A stretch of 64,000 bases of DNA from Bacteroidales bacterium (GTDB lineage Bacteria; Bacteroidota; Bacteroidia; Bacteroidales; VadinHA17): NCBI GenBank assembly GCA_035541795.1, contig DATKMR010000019.1, positions 132,977 to 196,976 of the forward strand, read 5' to 3'. Below, in pieces: positions 1 to 10,369 of the stretch. Made by a program: the position numbers and the translations under genes. The notes under the pieces are model-generated. The model worked only from the letters and a program-made list of their open reading frames with translations, was not told the origin of the DNA and did not search any database. The stretch's first letter is position 1; each line of letters begins with the position of its first letter.

Positions 1-639
1 AACAGGTTCGTACTGGCGGGGATGGCCGGGATGATGGCAGGAGTAATGCACGCGCCGCTTACAGCGATCTTCCTGATTGCCGAGATTACGGGCGGCTACG
101 ACCTTCTGATCCCGCTGATCATTACATCCACAGCGTCGTATATTACAATCAAGGGATTTGAACGTCATTCAATATATCATATTCAGCTTGCAAGAAGGGG
201 AGAACTGATAACACACGACAAGGACAAGGCTGTTCTTACATTCATGGACTGGAAGAAGGATATTGAAACTGACCTTATTAAAGTCAAATCGACAGATACC
301 CTTGGCGACCTGGTCAAAATCATCTCAACATCAAAAAGAAATATTTTCCCGGTTGTAGATGAGTATAATATCCTCGAAGGAGTTGTCTCTCTTGATGATG
401 TGAGAGAAATAATGTTCAACACCGAATTATATCCTGTAACGCTGGTCCGCGACCTGATGACCATGCCACCTACATATATCGACAAAAAGGAGAATATCAG
501 CACGGTGATGGAAAGTTTCAGGACGACAGGTGCATGGAACCTCCCGGTACTCGATAACGGCTGTTATGTAGGCTTCATATCAAAGGCCAGAATATACTCA
601 ACCTACAGGGAACTGCTCATTCAGTTTTCGGAGGAATAG
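1..639 (+). CDS. ClC-family voltage-gated chloride channel, C-terminal part with tandem CBS domains (5' end outside window)
   Basis: The frame is open from base 1. The translation ...FVLAGMAGMMAGVMHAPLTAIFLIAEITGGY... matches the conserved ClC helix region. Two CBS-like repeats follow (NIFPVVDEYNILEGVVSLDDV and WNLPVLDNGCYVGFISKARI). Confidence 0.85.
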   Translation, partial: NRFVLAGMAGMMAGVMHAPLTAIFLIAEITGGYDLLIPLIITSTASYITIKGFERHSIYHIQLARRGELITHDKDKAVLTFMDWKKDIETDLIKVKSTDTLGDLVKIISTSKRNIFPVVDEYNILEGVVSLDDVREIMFNTELYPVTLVRDLMTMPPTYIDKKENISTVMESFRTTGAWNLPVLDNGCYVGFISKARIYSTYRELLIQFSEE

Positions 640-759
640 AGTTTTATAAAGGTTGAGAATTTGTTTAATATTTCAGGATATTATAATGTATATTAGCGGC
701 GAAAAGTTACAGGGCTGACTTAAATTTATATCTGTTTTAGTTAACATTTTTCCTAAACA

Positions 760-2040
760 ATGAAAAAAGATAGTTCATTATTCGGTCTCATTACACGGGA
801 GTATGAAAGACAGCTGAACGGCATTGAACTTATTGCATCAGAGAATTTCGTCAGCGGACAGGTGCTCGAGGCAATGGGTTCCGTTCTTACAAATAAATAT
901 GCAGAAGGTTATCCCGGGAACAGGTATTACGGGGGTTGTGAAGTTGTTGATGAAGTTGAGAATCTGGCAATAGAAAGGCTCCGTAAACTGTTTGATGCCG
1001 AATATGCGAATGTACAGCCTCATTCAGGTGCACAGGCAAACATGGCTGTTTTCATGTCAGTTCTGAAACCCGGAGATACTTTCATGGGACTGAACCTGTC
1101 GCACGGAGGACATCTTTCACATGGCTCCCCTGTTAATTCCTCCGGCATCCTTTACAGGCCGGTGGCTTACGGTGTTAAGGAGGATAGCGGGCTTGTCGAT
1201 TACGACATGATGGAAGCGGTTGCCATGAAGGAAAAGCCTAAAATGATTATTGGCGGGGCCTCCGCTTATTCACGCGAATGGGATTATGAAAGGATGAGAA
1301 AGATCGCCGACCAGGCAGGGGCCATCCTTATGGTCGATATGGCACATCCAGCCGGTATCATTGCCGCTGGACTGCTTAAGAATCCCCTGAAATATGCACA
1401 TATTGTCACTTCTACCACTCATAAAACACTGAGGGGCCCGCGTGGAGGAATAATCCTGATGGGAAAAGACTTCGTGAACCCCTGGGGGCTGACAACGCCG
1501 AAGGGAGAGGTTAAGATGATGTCGGCAGTAATTAATTCAGCAGTTTTTCCTGGTGTCCAGGGTGGTCCGCTCGAACATGTGATAGCTTCAAAAGCCGTTG
1601 CGTTCGGCGAGGCACTGCAGCCGGAGTTTAAAGAATACCAGGCCCGGGTTGTCAGGAACTCGAAGAAAATGGCTGAAGCATTCATAGGAAAAGGCTACAA
1701 AGTAATTTCCGGCGGAACCGACAACCATCTGATGCTTATTGACCTGAGGACAAAATTTCCGGATATCTCGGGGAAGAAAGTGGAAAACACACTTGTCCAG
1801 GCTCATATAACCGTTAACAAGAACATGGTACCATTCGACAGCCGCTCACCCTTCCTTACATCAGGGCTAAGGGTAGGAACACCTGCCGTTACAACAAGGG
1901 GCCTGAAAGAAAGCGATATGGGCTTCATTGTTGAAATGATCGATGAGGTTATTTCGAACATTGAAAATGAACTGTTGATCAGGAAAACAGGTGAAAAAGT
2001 AATGGATTTTATGAAGAAATTTCCTCTATTTGCATATTAA
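760..2040 (+). CDS. glyA: Serine hydroxymethyltransferase
   Basis: Full-length 426-aa ORF with the [10 protein letters not shown] motif and the PLP-lysine motif [14 protein letters not shown]. Confidence 0.97.
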   Translation: MKKDSSLFGLITREYERQLNGIELIASENFVSGQVLEAMGSVLTNKYAEGYPGNRYYGGCEVVDEVENLAIERLRKLFDAEYANVQPHSGAQANMAVFMSVLKPGDTFMGLNLSHGGHLSHGSPVNSSGILYRPVAYGVKEDSGLVDYDMMEAVAMKEKPKMIIGGASAYSREWDYERMRKIADQAGAILMVDMAHPAGIIAAGLLKNPLKYAHIVTSTTHKTLRGPRGGIILMGKDFVNPWGLTTPKGEVKMMSAVINSAVFPGVQGGPLEHVIASKAVAFGEALQPEFKEYQARVVRNSKKMAEAFIGKGYKVISGGTDNHLMLIDLRTKFPDISGKKVENTLVQAHITVNKNMVPFDSRSPFLTSGLRVGTPAVTTRGLKESDMGFIVEMIDEVISNIENELLIRKTGEKVMDFMKKFPLFAY

Positions 2041-2148
2041 GTTTTCACCTGCGGGGAAAGTTCGCAATATTTGAACAGAATTTAAAGTTATCAGAGGATA
2101 ATTAAATAAAATATAGTAAATTACAGATTAATATTTATCTTTTATCTG

Positions 2149-2538
2149 ATGAACCGGGATAAGCTGATATATGTTGTTGATGATGATCCGTTCATAACAA
2201 AACTTGTTGTGAAGAGATTTTCCCCTGAAGGCTACAGGGTAGTACCTTTTGATTATGGCGAAGATTGCCTTAAAGCCATGGACAAGAAACCCGATCTGAT
2301 TGTGCTGGATTATTATTTCACCAAACCCGGGGAGACGGTAATGAACGGGATGGATATTTTTGACAGGATAAAGAAGATTGATCCGAATGTCCTTGTCATA
2401 ATGCTGTCGGGGCAGGAAAAAGGGGAGATTGTACTTGAACTGGCAAGAAAGGGTATCGACGATTACGTGATCAAGGACAACAACCTGATTGACAACCTGA
2501 ATTCTGCAATCAAGGAGCTTTTTGGCAGGCAACAGTGA
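2149..2538 (+). CDS. Stand-alone response-regulator receiver domain (CheY-like)
   Basis: 129 aa with an acidic pocket (VVDDD), phospho-acceptor context (DLIVLDYYF), a conserved S/T (IMLSGQ) and a conserved K (DYVIKD). There is no output domain. Confidence 0.85.
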   Translation: MNRDKLIYVVDDDPFITKLVVKRFSPEGYRVVPFDYGEDCLKAMDKKPDLIVLDYYFTKPGETVMNGMDIFDRIKKIDPNVLVIMLSGQEKGEIVLELARKGIDDYVIKDNNLIDNLNSAIKELFGRQQ

Positions 2539-2555
2539 TAATTGAAAATAAGATT

Positions 2556-2577
2556 AGGTGCCCCGGCGCCTTTTTTT
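2556..2577. terminator. Bidirectional intrinsic terminator between convergent genes
   Basis: Hairpin AGGTGCC-CC-GGCGCCT followed by T7 on the + strand, sitting exactly between the two stop codons. Confidence 0.6.
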
Positions 2578-3505
2578 ATTTCAGCTTGAAATTGTACACA
2601 ATCGTACCCTTCTGAATTGAAGGTGCATCTTTTTTCGCGGTAAATTTTGATTTCAACGCGGCTTCCCTGGCCGTGGCAAGGAGATATTCATCAAGAGTGG
2701 TAGATCCCTTTACACCAGGGTTGGCACGGACAACATTTCCATACCTGTCAACATCAATTTCGACGACAACTCTTCCCTCACCCTGGTATTCATATTTTGG
2801 TTCTGGAAGTGCCTGAAAATCCCGTCCTCCAAGATCGTAGGATATGCCGTTACCTCCCGGTCCTGTCCCGCCTCCATGCCCCCTTACCTTAGAATCGACT
2901 GAGCCATTGGGATCACCCTGGTTCCCGGGTCCGCCGGTTATCCCTTCGCCTGTCGACGTTGTTCCCGAATTGCGGCCGTTGGTAAAGGCATTCTTTGTGC
3001 GGCTTATTATGTCGCTTGTTCTTTTCTGTTCCTGGGCAAGGCGTTTCTTCTCTGCATCTTCCTGTGCCTTCCTTACTCTTTCGGCGTCAAGTTCCGCCTT
3101 CCTTATCTTCTCTGCCTCAATTTTCTCTTTCTTCTTTTTCTCTGCTTCAGGATCGACCTTTTTGATCAAGGGCGATTCATTATCATAGGTTTGGGTGATA
3201 AGCGACTCGCTCTTCCTGGTAAGCGGAACAATCTGCCTGGGCATGGCAATTTCCTCGAATGGATCAATCGGGGAAGGCTCAATATCACCCGACCCTGTTT
3301 CATCTGTCCCGAAGTTTACAAGCAGCCCCTTGTCATCACCGGTAAACGGCAAACCGAATCCAACAAAAAGAAGGAGAAGGAACACTGCACCGTGAACCAG
3401 GAAGGTTCCGGCAATTCCCTTTGTCTTCTCGGATGGAAGCCGTAATGGGTTCTTGTTGTAGTTCAGTTCATCCATATCAGAATCTATTATCGGTCCATTA
3501 ACCAT
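2576..3505 (-). CDS. TonB-family energy-transducer-like protein
   Basis: N-terminal membrane anchor (GTFLVHGAVFLLLLFVGFG), a K/E-rich segment and a G-rich linker. The C-terminus resembles the TonB C-terminal domain (GRVVVEIDVDRYGNVVRANPGVKGST...TIVYNFKLK). Confidence 0.7.
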   Translation of the reverse strand: MVNGPIIDSDMDELNYNKNPLRLPSEKTKGIAGTFLVHGAVFLLLLFVGFGLPFTGDDKGLLVNFGTDETGSGDIEPSPIDPFEEIAMPRQIVPLTRKSESLITQTYDNESPLIKKVDPEAEKKKKEKIEAEKIRKAELDAERVRKAQEDAEKKRLAQEQKRTSDIISRTKNAFTNGRNSGTTSTGEGITGGPGNQGDPNGSVDSKVRGHGGGTGPGGNGISYDLGGRDFQALPEPKYEYQGEGRVVVEIDVDRYGNVVRANPGVKGSTTLDEYLLATAREAALKSKFTAKKDAPSIQKGTIVYNFKLK

Positions 3506-3689
3506 TGTTAGCGGTAATGGCCTGATAACATGTATTTTAAAAGATCAGTCAAGTTGCTGATCAGGAGCGAAGATATTAAAAAACGTAAAAATGGCAGGGG
3601 CTATTATGCCGGGTTAATAACAATGCTTAAATAGTTATTAACTCCGGATAATTTGAGAACCCGCTCCCGGCAGGAAGAATGAACCCGCA

Positions 3690-6600
3690 CTATTTGATGT
3701 TAACCGGCCCGGTTTTCTTTTCTTTCTTGATGTCACTTTTGGTCTGCTTCCTGAAAAGATCCCTGAACTTGTCAAAATCCTGGCGGTAATAAAGTCCGAG
3801 ACCCTGGGTGTACGGTATTCCGTTATCGATATAGAAGTTATCATTGGAACGGTTGAAGAATTTGAACCTGATCTTTTCATTGATCTTGTATTCCACATTA
3901 AAGACTCCGGTGAACGAGTTTGTCCCGCTTGCGGCACCCGTTGTGCCTTGTGCCTGGGCACCGGCTACATCAAAATTCCCGTTGATTACAACCTTGTCGT
4001 TCAGCAGCTGTGTGGATAAAGCGACCTGGAGTTCCTGCGAGTTTGGCAGCTGTGTCGTTCCCGGGCGGTAAACCACACCTATATCAAAATCATTGCTGAT
4101 CTGCGAAAGCCAGTTGCTTAGCTGGTTCGACAGCATCTCCATCGTGGTCACCCCGACCGTGGCCGAGCCCATGCCTGAGGCATTTGACTGCGTCGATGAA
4201 CTCTGCTCCGAATAAAAGCTGTTCATAACGAGCAAAAACAGGAACTGACGGCTCATATCCTCATCAGATTTTATCATGCTTTTGAGATAGGCTCTGGTCT
4301 CCTCATCGGCTGTGGGCAGGTAGATATCAAAGCCGACAGTCGGGTTGAAAAGCTTCCCCGAAAGCAGGAGATGGCATTCCACGGGAATCCGTTCATTTGA
4401 TTTCTCCGCGGGAAGCATTCCGGGCATTATGTCATTAAGGGAGGCTTTCGTTTTATAAATAGCTTTAAGATCAATATCTGCATCCTCAACATCGCCGTTG
4501 AATAATATCTTTCCGCCGTTTTCGACATTGAACGACTTGTTAATAAGATTTCCCAGGGTAAAAAGATAGTCGCCGTCTTCGATAGTATAATCGCCGAAAA
4601 TTTTGAAAGCTCCCTTGCTGTCGAGGCTTATATTTAAATTTCCCCTCCCGGTACCTTTCATTATATCACCTGTCTTAGGATCCATAATGAGCTGTACTTC
4701 AGCATCAGGAGTGATTTCAAGATCGAACGTAAGAGCCATACCGCTTGCATTAGGCGGTGGTACCATTACTACCTGCTGCTTTTTTTCCCTGGTAACGCCG
4801 GAAGGCTGGACAAAGCTCACAAAATTATTTTCAGCCACCGACATGCTGGAATTCAGGGGGATAAAAAATTTCGTATTCCTGCCTGTCTTTGCCGAAATAT
4901 CAAACCTGAGAAGCGATCCGTCGGTCTTTATCGAGGTGACACCTGTGGCGTAAGCAGTTCCGTAGAATGTATCGTTGTCTTTTTGCCTGGTATTTATAAC
5001 CATGCAATCTTTCGGCTTTAAAGTGAGATCAACCCCGTAGTCGGTGAAATGATTATGAAGAATAATCCCGTTCAGCATGGCGGTATTTCCTTTTTCGTCA
5101 CGCAGGGTAATGTTGTTCAGCCTGATCCCCTTCCTGTCGAACCTGATAGTGTCGGAAAACCTGAATTTAGCCTGGAGATAATCAATCTTCAGCGAGACAT
5201 CCTGGGCCCACAGCGCCCCGGTGAGATATGGTTTGCCAGGTTCGCCGCTTAGCTTCACCGTTCCCGTCACCTTGCCGCCTATACCCGACGCGAAAAAATT
5301 AAGAAGGGGATTAAGGGCATCTATCGGAAGCTTATCTGTCTTTGCTGTTAAATCCATATACTGTTGCTCCGGATCGTAGTAACCCGATATATCAAACATT
5401 TTTACTCCATCGAGGTCGTTATTTGCCTTGATCTCAGCAACTTTCCTGTCGCTGTTCCATACCGATCCGATCCTGATATTCCCATAGCTGCAGCTGAGCA
5501 ATGAGAAATTCAGCAGGCTGATATCACTTTCGAACATGAAGCTGTGATACAGGTTCGTAAGGTTGATTTTCCCGTTAAGGGTTCCGTCTATATTCAGTTT
5601 AAGTGCATTCGGTCCGCTGTTGTTTTTCTCGTACAGGCTGTTTATGGGCTTGAGACTGATTCCATTAACTTTAACAGCGAGCGTATCACCAAGGCTCTCT
5701 GAAACGGCACCGTCTATCCTGAGAAAGTTGTCACCGTTATTTATGCTGAACCCCGAAATTCTTACCGAGCTAGAATCGGTGATTACCCTGGCAGGATTTA
5801 TTTTCCAGACCTTGTCTCTCAGGTCCATCTCCCCCGGTAGAAGGTTGACCTCCATGCTGGTATTCCTTCCATGATCGGAGCGTGAAAACACCCCGTTTAG
5901 TTCTATATTGCCCCTGTTTATCTCCTTTCCATCGTTAACCCAGCCGAGGCTGACATTATAGTGATCAGGGATGGCAGTGACATCAAGTTTGAGATTGTTT
6001 AAGTCCGATATACCTGACAGGTTCAGATTTTTTGACTTCAGCCTGGCATTGAATGTCGTATCCGTAAACCTGATGTCAGCCTTGAGATCTGAGAACTCGT
6101 TGTTCCCTGACGAGAATGACTTAGCCTCAGCGGAGATCTGGATAATGCTGTCGGGAAGGACCCTGCCTTTAATGGATGAGTTCTCGGCAATCTGAAGGCC
6201 CGTTCTCAGGAAGCCGTTCAGCTCATCTGTCTTCTTGAGGTTTATATTGAAGGTAAAATCATTTTCAGACCTGCTTACCGGTAAAAGTTTCTTCCCGTAA
6301 TGCGATGGCATAAGAACTGTCAGCGCGTTGCTGACGACATTTCCAAGGCCTGAAAAATTATACCTGCCTCTAAGGTCCATGTCGGCAAAGTCGGTCTTAA
6401 GCGAAATTGCGGGCCGGTTGTTCTCGACAAATGTTTTTAGTGAGAAATCATACAGCTCCAGGTTGTTACCATATTTCCTGAAACTTGAATTGAGAAGCTT
6501 TATTTCCCCGTCGAGGTTATCAATATTGCTGCCCTTGAAATTGGCGGTAAGAAGAAGCGCAGCTGAAGAAGTGGTATCAGCTTTATCGATTTTAAGCTTA

Positions 6601-8204
6601 TACAGGTTGGCCTTTTTAAGGTTCAGCGTGAAATCGAATTCGGGCAGCTTGCCGTTGAAATTCAGCATACCGAGAAGCTCCAGGTTAATATTGTTGTCGG
6701 AAATCTTTATATCTCCATCCCATGCCTTGTCTGTGAAATATCCCTTAAGGCCGATATCGCGGTACCTGTAATTGTTTATATCTATGCTGTCGATTTTACC
6801 CGTAAGATTAACAGCAAATTTTTTGAACGATTCGGTGCTCCCATCCACATTCGATTCTATAGTCATTTTGCCGAGAACCTCGGGATTGCCGGTTATCAGC
6901 CCCAGATCGATATCGGTACCTTTCAGGAGTCCCTTGATCCTGAATTTTTTGTTCTCTTCGGGCCTGAGAGAAAGGTCAGTCGAAATTATGCCCTTGTTGG
7001 TGTTAATCTTTCCATATGCCACAAAATCAGTCGTGAACCCTGTAAACGTACCGGAAAAGGATACAACACCAAGTTTCCGGAGGGGTTCAGGGAGCATGAT
7101 TTTACCCTTGCCTGGAATATTTATCTGCTCAATATCCCTTGATATGCTCCTGAAATCATTGATATCCAAAAATATAAAAGTACTCTTAATATCCGGGAGC
7201 CCGGAAATATCGAAATTGAAATCGAGGTTGGTTTCATCTTTATATGAAAGTCTCAGGTTCCTCCCCTTCAGCTCAGAAACTGTCCCGGAAATATTGCCTG
7301 AAATCCATACCGACTCGTTGAGATCCTTGATTATCGGAACGAAGTAGTTTATTTCAGAAAGAGAGACCAGCGATTTCTTCAGCCTGACATCGAGCCTTAC
7401 TTCCTGGAAAAACCTTGAAAACGAGGAAGCGGAATCGGGGATAATGGCAATACGGTCGGCATTGATAATGCTGCTGTCGCTCAGCAGTGTGGTCTTTGAC
7501 AGGATGATATCAGATTTATTAAGTAGCAGCCCGCTAGTGAACCTTTTTACATGAAATGCGTCTCCCTGCCTGAATTTCAGTGCATAAATCTCCATCGACG
7601 TAGAATCGTTCCTGACGGTGAAATCCTCAACAGTACCGTTGATGGAGTCGCAGCGCAGCCGGGAAAAGTCCACCGGCTGGTCAGCTGGTTTCGATCTCCT
7701 GTCGATTAGAGAGAACTTGCCGTTTACTATATTGATTTTTGATACCCTTACAACTGAATTTGGATTCCTGGAAGTGTCGGCTGATCCGGAGGATATTTTA
7801 CTTAGGTACCAGGCCAGGTTTGAGTTTCCTGCCGTATCGGTTATCAGGTTGACAACTGGCTGCTTTAAAGTAACCCTGCCCAAGTTAATGATCCCTTTCC
7901 CGAATTCACAATGCCTGATAGCCGCGGTGATTTTCTTCGTGAAAAGCAAGGTGTCATTGTTCTTGTCCTTGATCAGTACGTCATCCAGAACCAGCCGGTT
8001 AAAGTATTCAAATTCAACTTTCCCGACCGTTACTGTGGTTTTTATCTCGCTTGAAACATACCTGGTTATTCCCCTGATAACATAGGTCTGGACAAAGGGA
8101 AGGCGCAGGATCAGGAAAAGGGATACAGGAACGAGTACCAGTATTGCAGCCGGTACGAGTAAGAAGTTAATTGCTTTTTTTATAATTTTGGACACTCTTA
8201 TCAA
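3690..8204 (-). CDS. tamB: Translocation and assembly module protein TamB (AsmA-like, DUF490 C-terminus)
   Basis: 1504-aa ORF with an N-terminal TM anchor and a long beta-rich body. The C-terminus is TamB/DUF490-type (...FNVEYKINEKIRFKFFNRSNDNFY...GLGLYYRQDF). Confidence 0.85.
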   Translation of the reverse strand: MIRVSKIIKKAINFLLVPAAILVLVPVSLFLILRLPFVQTYVIRGITRYVSSEIKTTVTVGKVEFEYFNRLVLDDVLIKDKNNDTLLFTKKITAAIRHCEFGKGIINLGRVTLKQPVVNLITDTAGNSNLAWYLSKISSGSADTSRNPNSVVRVSKINIVNGKFSLIDRRSKPADQPVDFSRLRCDSINGTVEDFTVRNDSTSMEIYALKFRQGDAFHVKRFTSGLLLNKSDIILSKTTLLSDSSIINADRIAIIPDSASSFSRFFQEVRLDVRLKKSLVSLSEINYFVPIIKDLNESVWISGNISGTVSELKGRNLRLSYKDETNLDFNFDISGLPDIKSTFIFLDINDFRSISRDIEQINIPGKGKIMLPEPLRKLGVVSFSGTFTGFTTDFVAYGKINTNKGIISTDLSLRPEENKKFRIKGLLKGTDIDLGLITGNPEVLGKMTIESNVDGSTESFKKFAVNLTGKIDSIDINNYRYRDIGLKGYFTDKAWDGDIKISDNNINLELLGMLNFNGKLPEFDFTLNLKKANLYKLKIDKADTTSSAALLLTANFKGSNIDNLDGEIKLLNSSFRKYGNNLELYDFSLKTFVENNRPAISLKTDFADMDLRGRYNFSGLGNVVSNALTVLMPSHYGKKLLPVSRSENDFTFNINLKKTDELNGFLRTGLQIAENSSIKGRVLPDSIIQISAEAKSFSSGNNEFSDLKADIRFTDTTFNARLKSKNLNLSGISDLNNLKLDVTAIPDHYNVSLGWVNDGKEINRGNIELNGVFSRSDHGRNTSMEVNLLPGEMDLRDKVWKINPARVITDSSSVRISGFSINNGDNFLRIDGAVSESLGDTLAVKVNGISLKPINSLYEKNNSGPNALKLNIDGTLNGKINLTNLYHSFMFESDISLLNFSLLSCSYGNIRIGSVWNSDRKVAEIKANNDLDGVKMFDISGYYDPEQQYMDLTAKTDKLPIDALNPLLNFFASGIGGKVTGTVKLSGEPGKPYLTGALWAQDVSLKIDYLQAKFRFSDTIRFDRKGIRLNNITLRDEKGNTAMLNGIILHNHFTDYGVDLTLKPKDCMVINTRQKDNDTFYGTAYATGVTSIKTDGSLLRFDISAKTGRNTKFFIPLNSSMSVAENNFVSFVQPSGVTREKKQQVVMVPPPNASGMALTFDLEITPDAEVQLIMDPKTGDIMKGTGRGNLNISLDSKGAFKIFGDYTIEDGDYLFTLGNLINKSFNVENGGKILFNGDVEDADIDLKAIYKTKASLNDIMPGMLPAEKSNERIPVECHLLLSGKLFNPTVGFDIYLPTADEETRAYLKSMIKSDEDMSRQFLFLLVMNSFYSEQSSSTQSNASGMGSATVGVTTMEMLSNQLSNWLSQISNDFDIGVVYRPGTTQLPNSQELQVALSTQLLNDKVVINGNFDVAGAQAQGTTGAASGTNSFTGVFNVEYKINEKIRFKFFNRSNDNFYIDNGIPYTQGLGLYYRQDFDKFRDLFRKQTKSDIKKEKKTGPVNIK

Positions 8205-8243
8205 GAAAAAACAATTATCAAAATAACCGAAAATATACCGAAT

Positions 8244-9287
8244 ATCAAAGAGCCAAAAAACGTAACAATTCTGGCTGTTGAATCATCGTGCGATGACACA
8301 TCTGCAGCTGTTATCAGGGATGGATTTGTACTCTCCAACCTGATAGCGAACCAGGATGTTCACCGGTCATACGGGGGTGTCGTCCCCGAGCTTGCCTCGA
8401 GGGCTCACCAGGCAAATATCGTGCCTGTTGTCGACCAGGCCCTGAAAAGGGCAGGTGTAGTGCCTGATGAAATTTCAGCTGTTGCTTATACAAGAGGGCC
8501 GGGTTTACTGGGATCTCTCCTGGTAGGAACATCATTCGCTAAAGGATTCGCCGTGGCAGCCGGCATACCGCTAATAGAAGTAAACCACCTCGAGGCACAT
8601 GTTATGGCTCATTTTATCAGGGATGAAAAGAACAGCCGGACACCTTCATTCCCTTTCCTTTGCCTCCTGGTTTCCGGTGGTCATACACAGCTGATGGTGA
8701 TGCACAGCCATTATGAGATGGAGGTGATTGGTAATACAATAGATGATGCTGCCGGTGAGGCCTTCGATAAATGCGGAAAGGTGATGGGCATGCCATACCC
8801 CTCCGGCCCGCTGATAGATAAGCTTGCCGGGGAGGGAAACCCGCAGGCGTTCCAGTTCTCAAAACCATCTGTAAAGGGACTTGATTTCAGCTTCAGCGGG
8901 CTGAAGACAAATTTTCTCTATTTCCTGAGGGACCATATTGCTGAAGACAAGAATTTTATCGAGAAAAATCTTAACAACCTGTGTGCCTCGCTTCAGCATA
9001 CCATTATAAATATTCTTACCGCGAAACTCGTAAAGGCAGCTGTTCAGACAGGTGTAAAAGTAATCGGTATAGCAGGAGGGGTATCTGCTAACTCGGGTCT
9101 TCGCGGAGCAGTCACAAAGGAAGCGTCAGGAAGAGGATGGGATCTCTTCATCCCTCCTTTCAGCCTGACTACCGATAATGCTGCCATGATTGGTGTGAGC
9201 GGCTATTACAAGTACCTGAATAATGATTTTTCAGGACATGATGTGGCACCTCTTGCAAGATTTGATATTAAAAAACACAATGGATGA
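8244..9287 (+). CDS. tsaD: tRNA N6-adenosine threonylcarbamoyltransferase TsaD (start codon uncertain)
   Basis: The conserved TsaD N-terminus (TILAVESSCDDTSAAVIRDG...YGGVVPELASRAH) is encoded at 8262-8420. That is upstream of the first in-frame canonical start (GTG 8421). The frame is open from 8163. The rest of the protein is a typical Kae1/Gcp fold (GGHTQL, GGVSAN). Confidence 0.9.
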   Translation: MKEPKNVTILAVESSCDDTSAAVIRDGFVLSNLIANQDVHRSYGGVVPELASRAHQANIVPVVDQALKRAGVVPDEISAVAYTRGPGLLGSLLVGTSFAKGFAVAAGIPLIEVNHLEAHVMAHFIRDEKNSRTPSFPFLCLLVSGGHTQLMVMHSHYEMEVIGNTIDDAAGEAFDKCGKVMGMPYPSGPLIDKLAGEGNPQAFQFSKPSVKGLDFSFSGLKTNFLYFLRDHIAEDKNFIEKNLNNLCASLQHTIINILTAKLVKAAVQTGVKVIGIAGGVSANSGLRGAVTKEASGRGWDLFIPPFSLTTDNAAMIGVSGYYKYLNNDFSGHDVAPLARFDIKKHNG

Positions 9288-10318
9288 AAACTGGAGATCT
9301 GTCAATCCTGGTTGTGGGAGCTGGTGGAATAGGCGGCATCACCGCTGCCATCCTTAAACGAGCCGGCTATGATGTCGGGATTATTGCGAAATATCCCGAG
9401 TACGCCTCCATGATTGAGCAGCAAGGGCTCAGCATAACAGGGGTGAAAGGAACCTTCTCCCAGAAGATGAAAGCCTGGAGCACTGCCGTTCCTGGGATAG
9501 GGATGAAGGACCTGATACTTCATGCCACAAAGGCTACCGACATGGTAACGGCCGCGAAGGAAGTTCTCCCTTTCCTCAAGGATGACGGGCTGATGGTTTC
9601 ACTACAGAACGGGATTTGCGAGGATGAACTTGCCGGGATAACGGGCCCTGGAAGAATAGTGGGATGTGTTGTCGCGTGGGGCGCAACAATGAACGGTGCC
9701 GGCAATCTTTACATGTCCTCAACAGGTGAGTTTATAATCGGCTATCCCGACGGGCACGTTGACGAAAAACTGGAAACGATTGCAGAAATACTTTCTTCGG
9801 TGATGCCCGTGAAGATTTCTGTCAATATCATGGGACATTTATATGCAAAGCTGATCGTGAATTCATGCATAACCCTTCCTGGTGCCATTAGCGGATTGCA
9901 TGTGGGAGAGATGCTCAAGAAGAAGAAGATAAGAAAAATCTTCATTGAAATCATGAAAGAGGCAATGGCTGTGTCTGAAAAGATGGGTATAAAGGTTGAA
10001 AAATTTGGGAAACGCCTCGATTTCTATAAAGTCGTCAGGAAAGAGGGATTTTTTGCCGACCTGAAAAGACATGTGCTCATGCGGATCATAGGCTTTAAAT
10101 ACCGCAGGCTCAGATCATCGAGCCTGCAATCGCTCGAACGTGGAAAACCCACGGAGGTCGATTATTTTAACGGTTATATCGCAGCCAATGCCCGCAAGTA
10201 TAACGTTCCGGCACCGGTAAACGAATCCATTGTCAGGCTGATACACGAAATTGAGTCTGGAAAAAGGAAGATTACCTTTGACAATTTCAATGATCCGTCT
10301 TTTGACAGTTTTAACTGA
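9284..10318 (+). CDS. 2-dehydropantoate 2-reductase family protein (ApbA/PanE)
   Basis: N-terminal Rossmann motif ILVVGAGGIGG. Length and C-terminal helical domain fit the ketopantoate reductase family. ATGA overlap with the tsaD stop. Confidence 0.75.
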   Translation: MKTGDLSILVVGAGGIGGITAAILKRAGYDVGIIAKYPEYASMIEQQGLSITGVKGTFSQKMKAWSTAVPGIGMKDLILHATKATDMVTAAKEVLPFLKDDGLMVSLQNGICEDELAGITGPGRIVGCVVAWGATMNGAGNLYMSSTGEFIIGYPDGHVDEKLETIAEILSSVMPVKISVNIMGHLYAKLIVNSCITLPGAISGLHVGEMLKKKKIRKIFIEIMKEAMAVSEKMGIKVEKFGKRLDFYKVVRKEGFFADLKRHVLMRIIGFKYRRLRSSSLQSLERGKPTEVDYFNGYIAANARKYNVPAPVNESIVRLIHEIESGKRKITFDNFNDPSFDSFN

Positions 10319-10369
10319 TGATCGCATTTTTTATTCCAAAAATATATATCTTCGGACAAAGTATTCGGA

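Noticed and set aside
3540-3565. Hairpin GATCAG-N8-CTGATC in the tamB/tonB-like spacer as a terminator
   Set aside because: The stem is short (6 bp) and no T-run follows it on the relevant (minus) strand.
6772-7347. Long antisense ORFs inside real genes (for example 6772-7347+, 13069-13608+, 17343-17912-, 35774-36316-, 36824-37375-, 42577-43071+, 46287-46820+, 51911-52534-)
   Set aside because: Their translations are compositionally odd (S/L/R/P/C-rich) and show no motifs. Each lies fully antisense to a strongly supported conserved gene. They are typical shadow ORFs.
8314-8535. ORF 8314-8535(-) in the tsaD 5' region
   Set aside because: It is antisense to the conserved TsaD N-terminal coding sequence and gives an R/P/G-rich translation.
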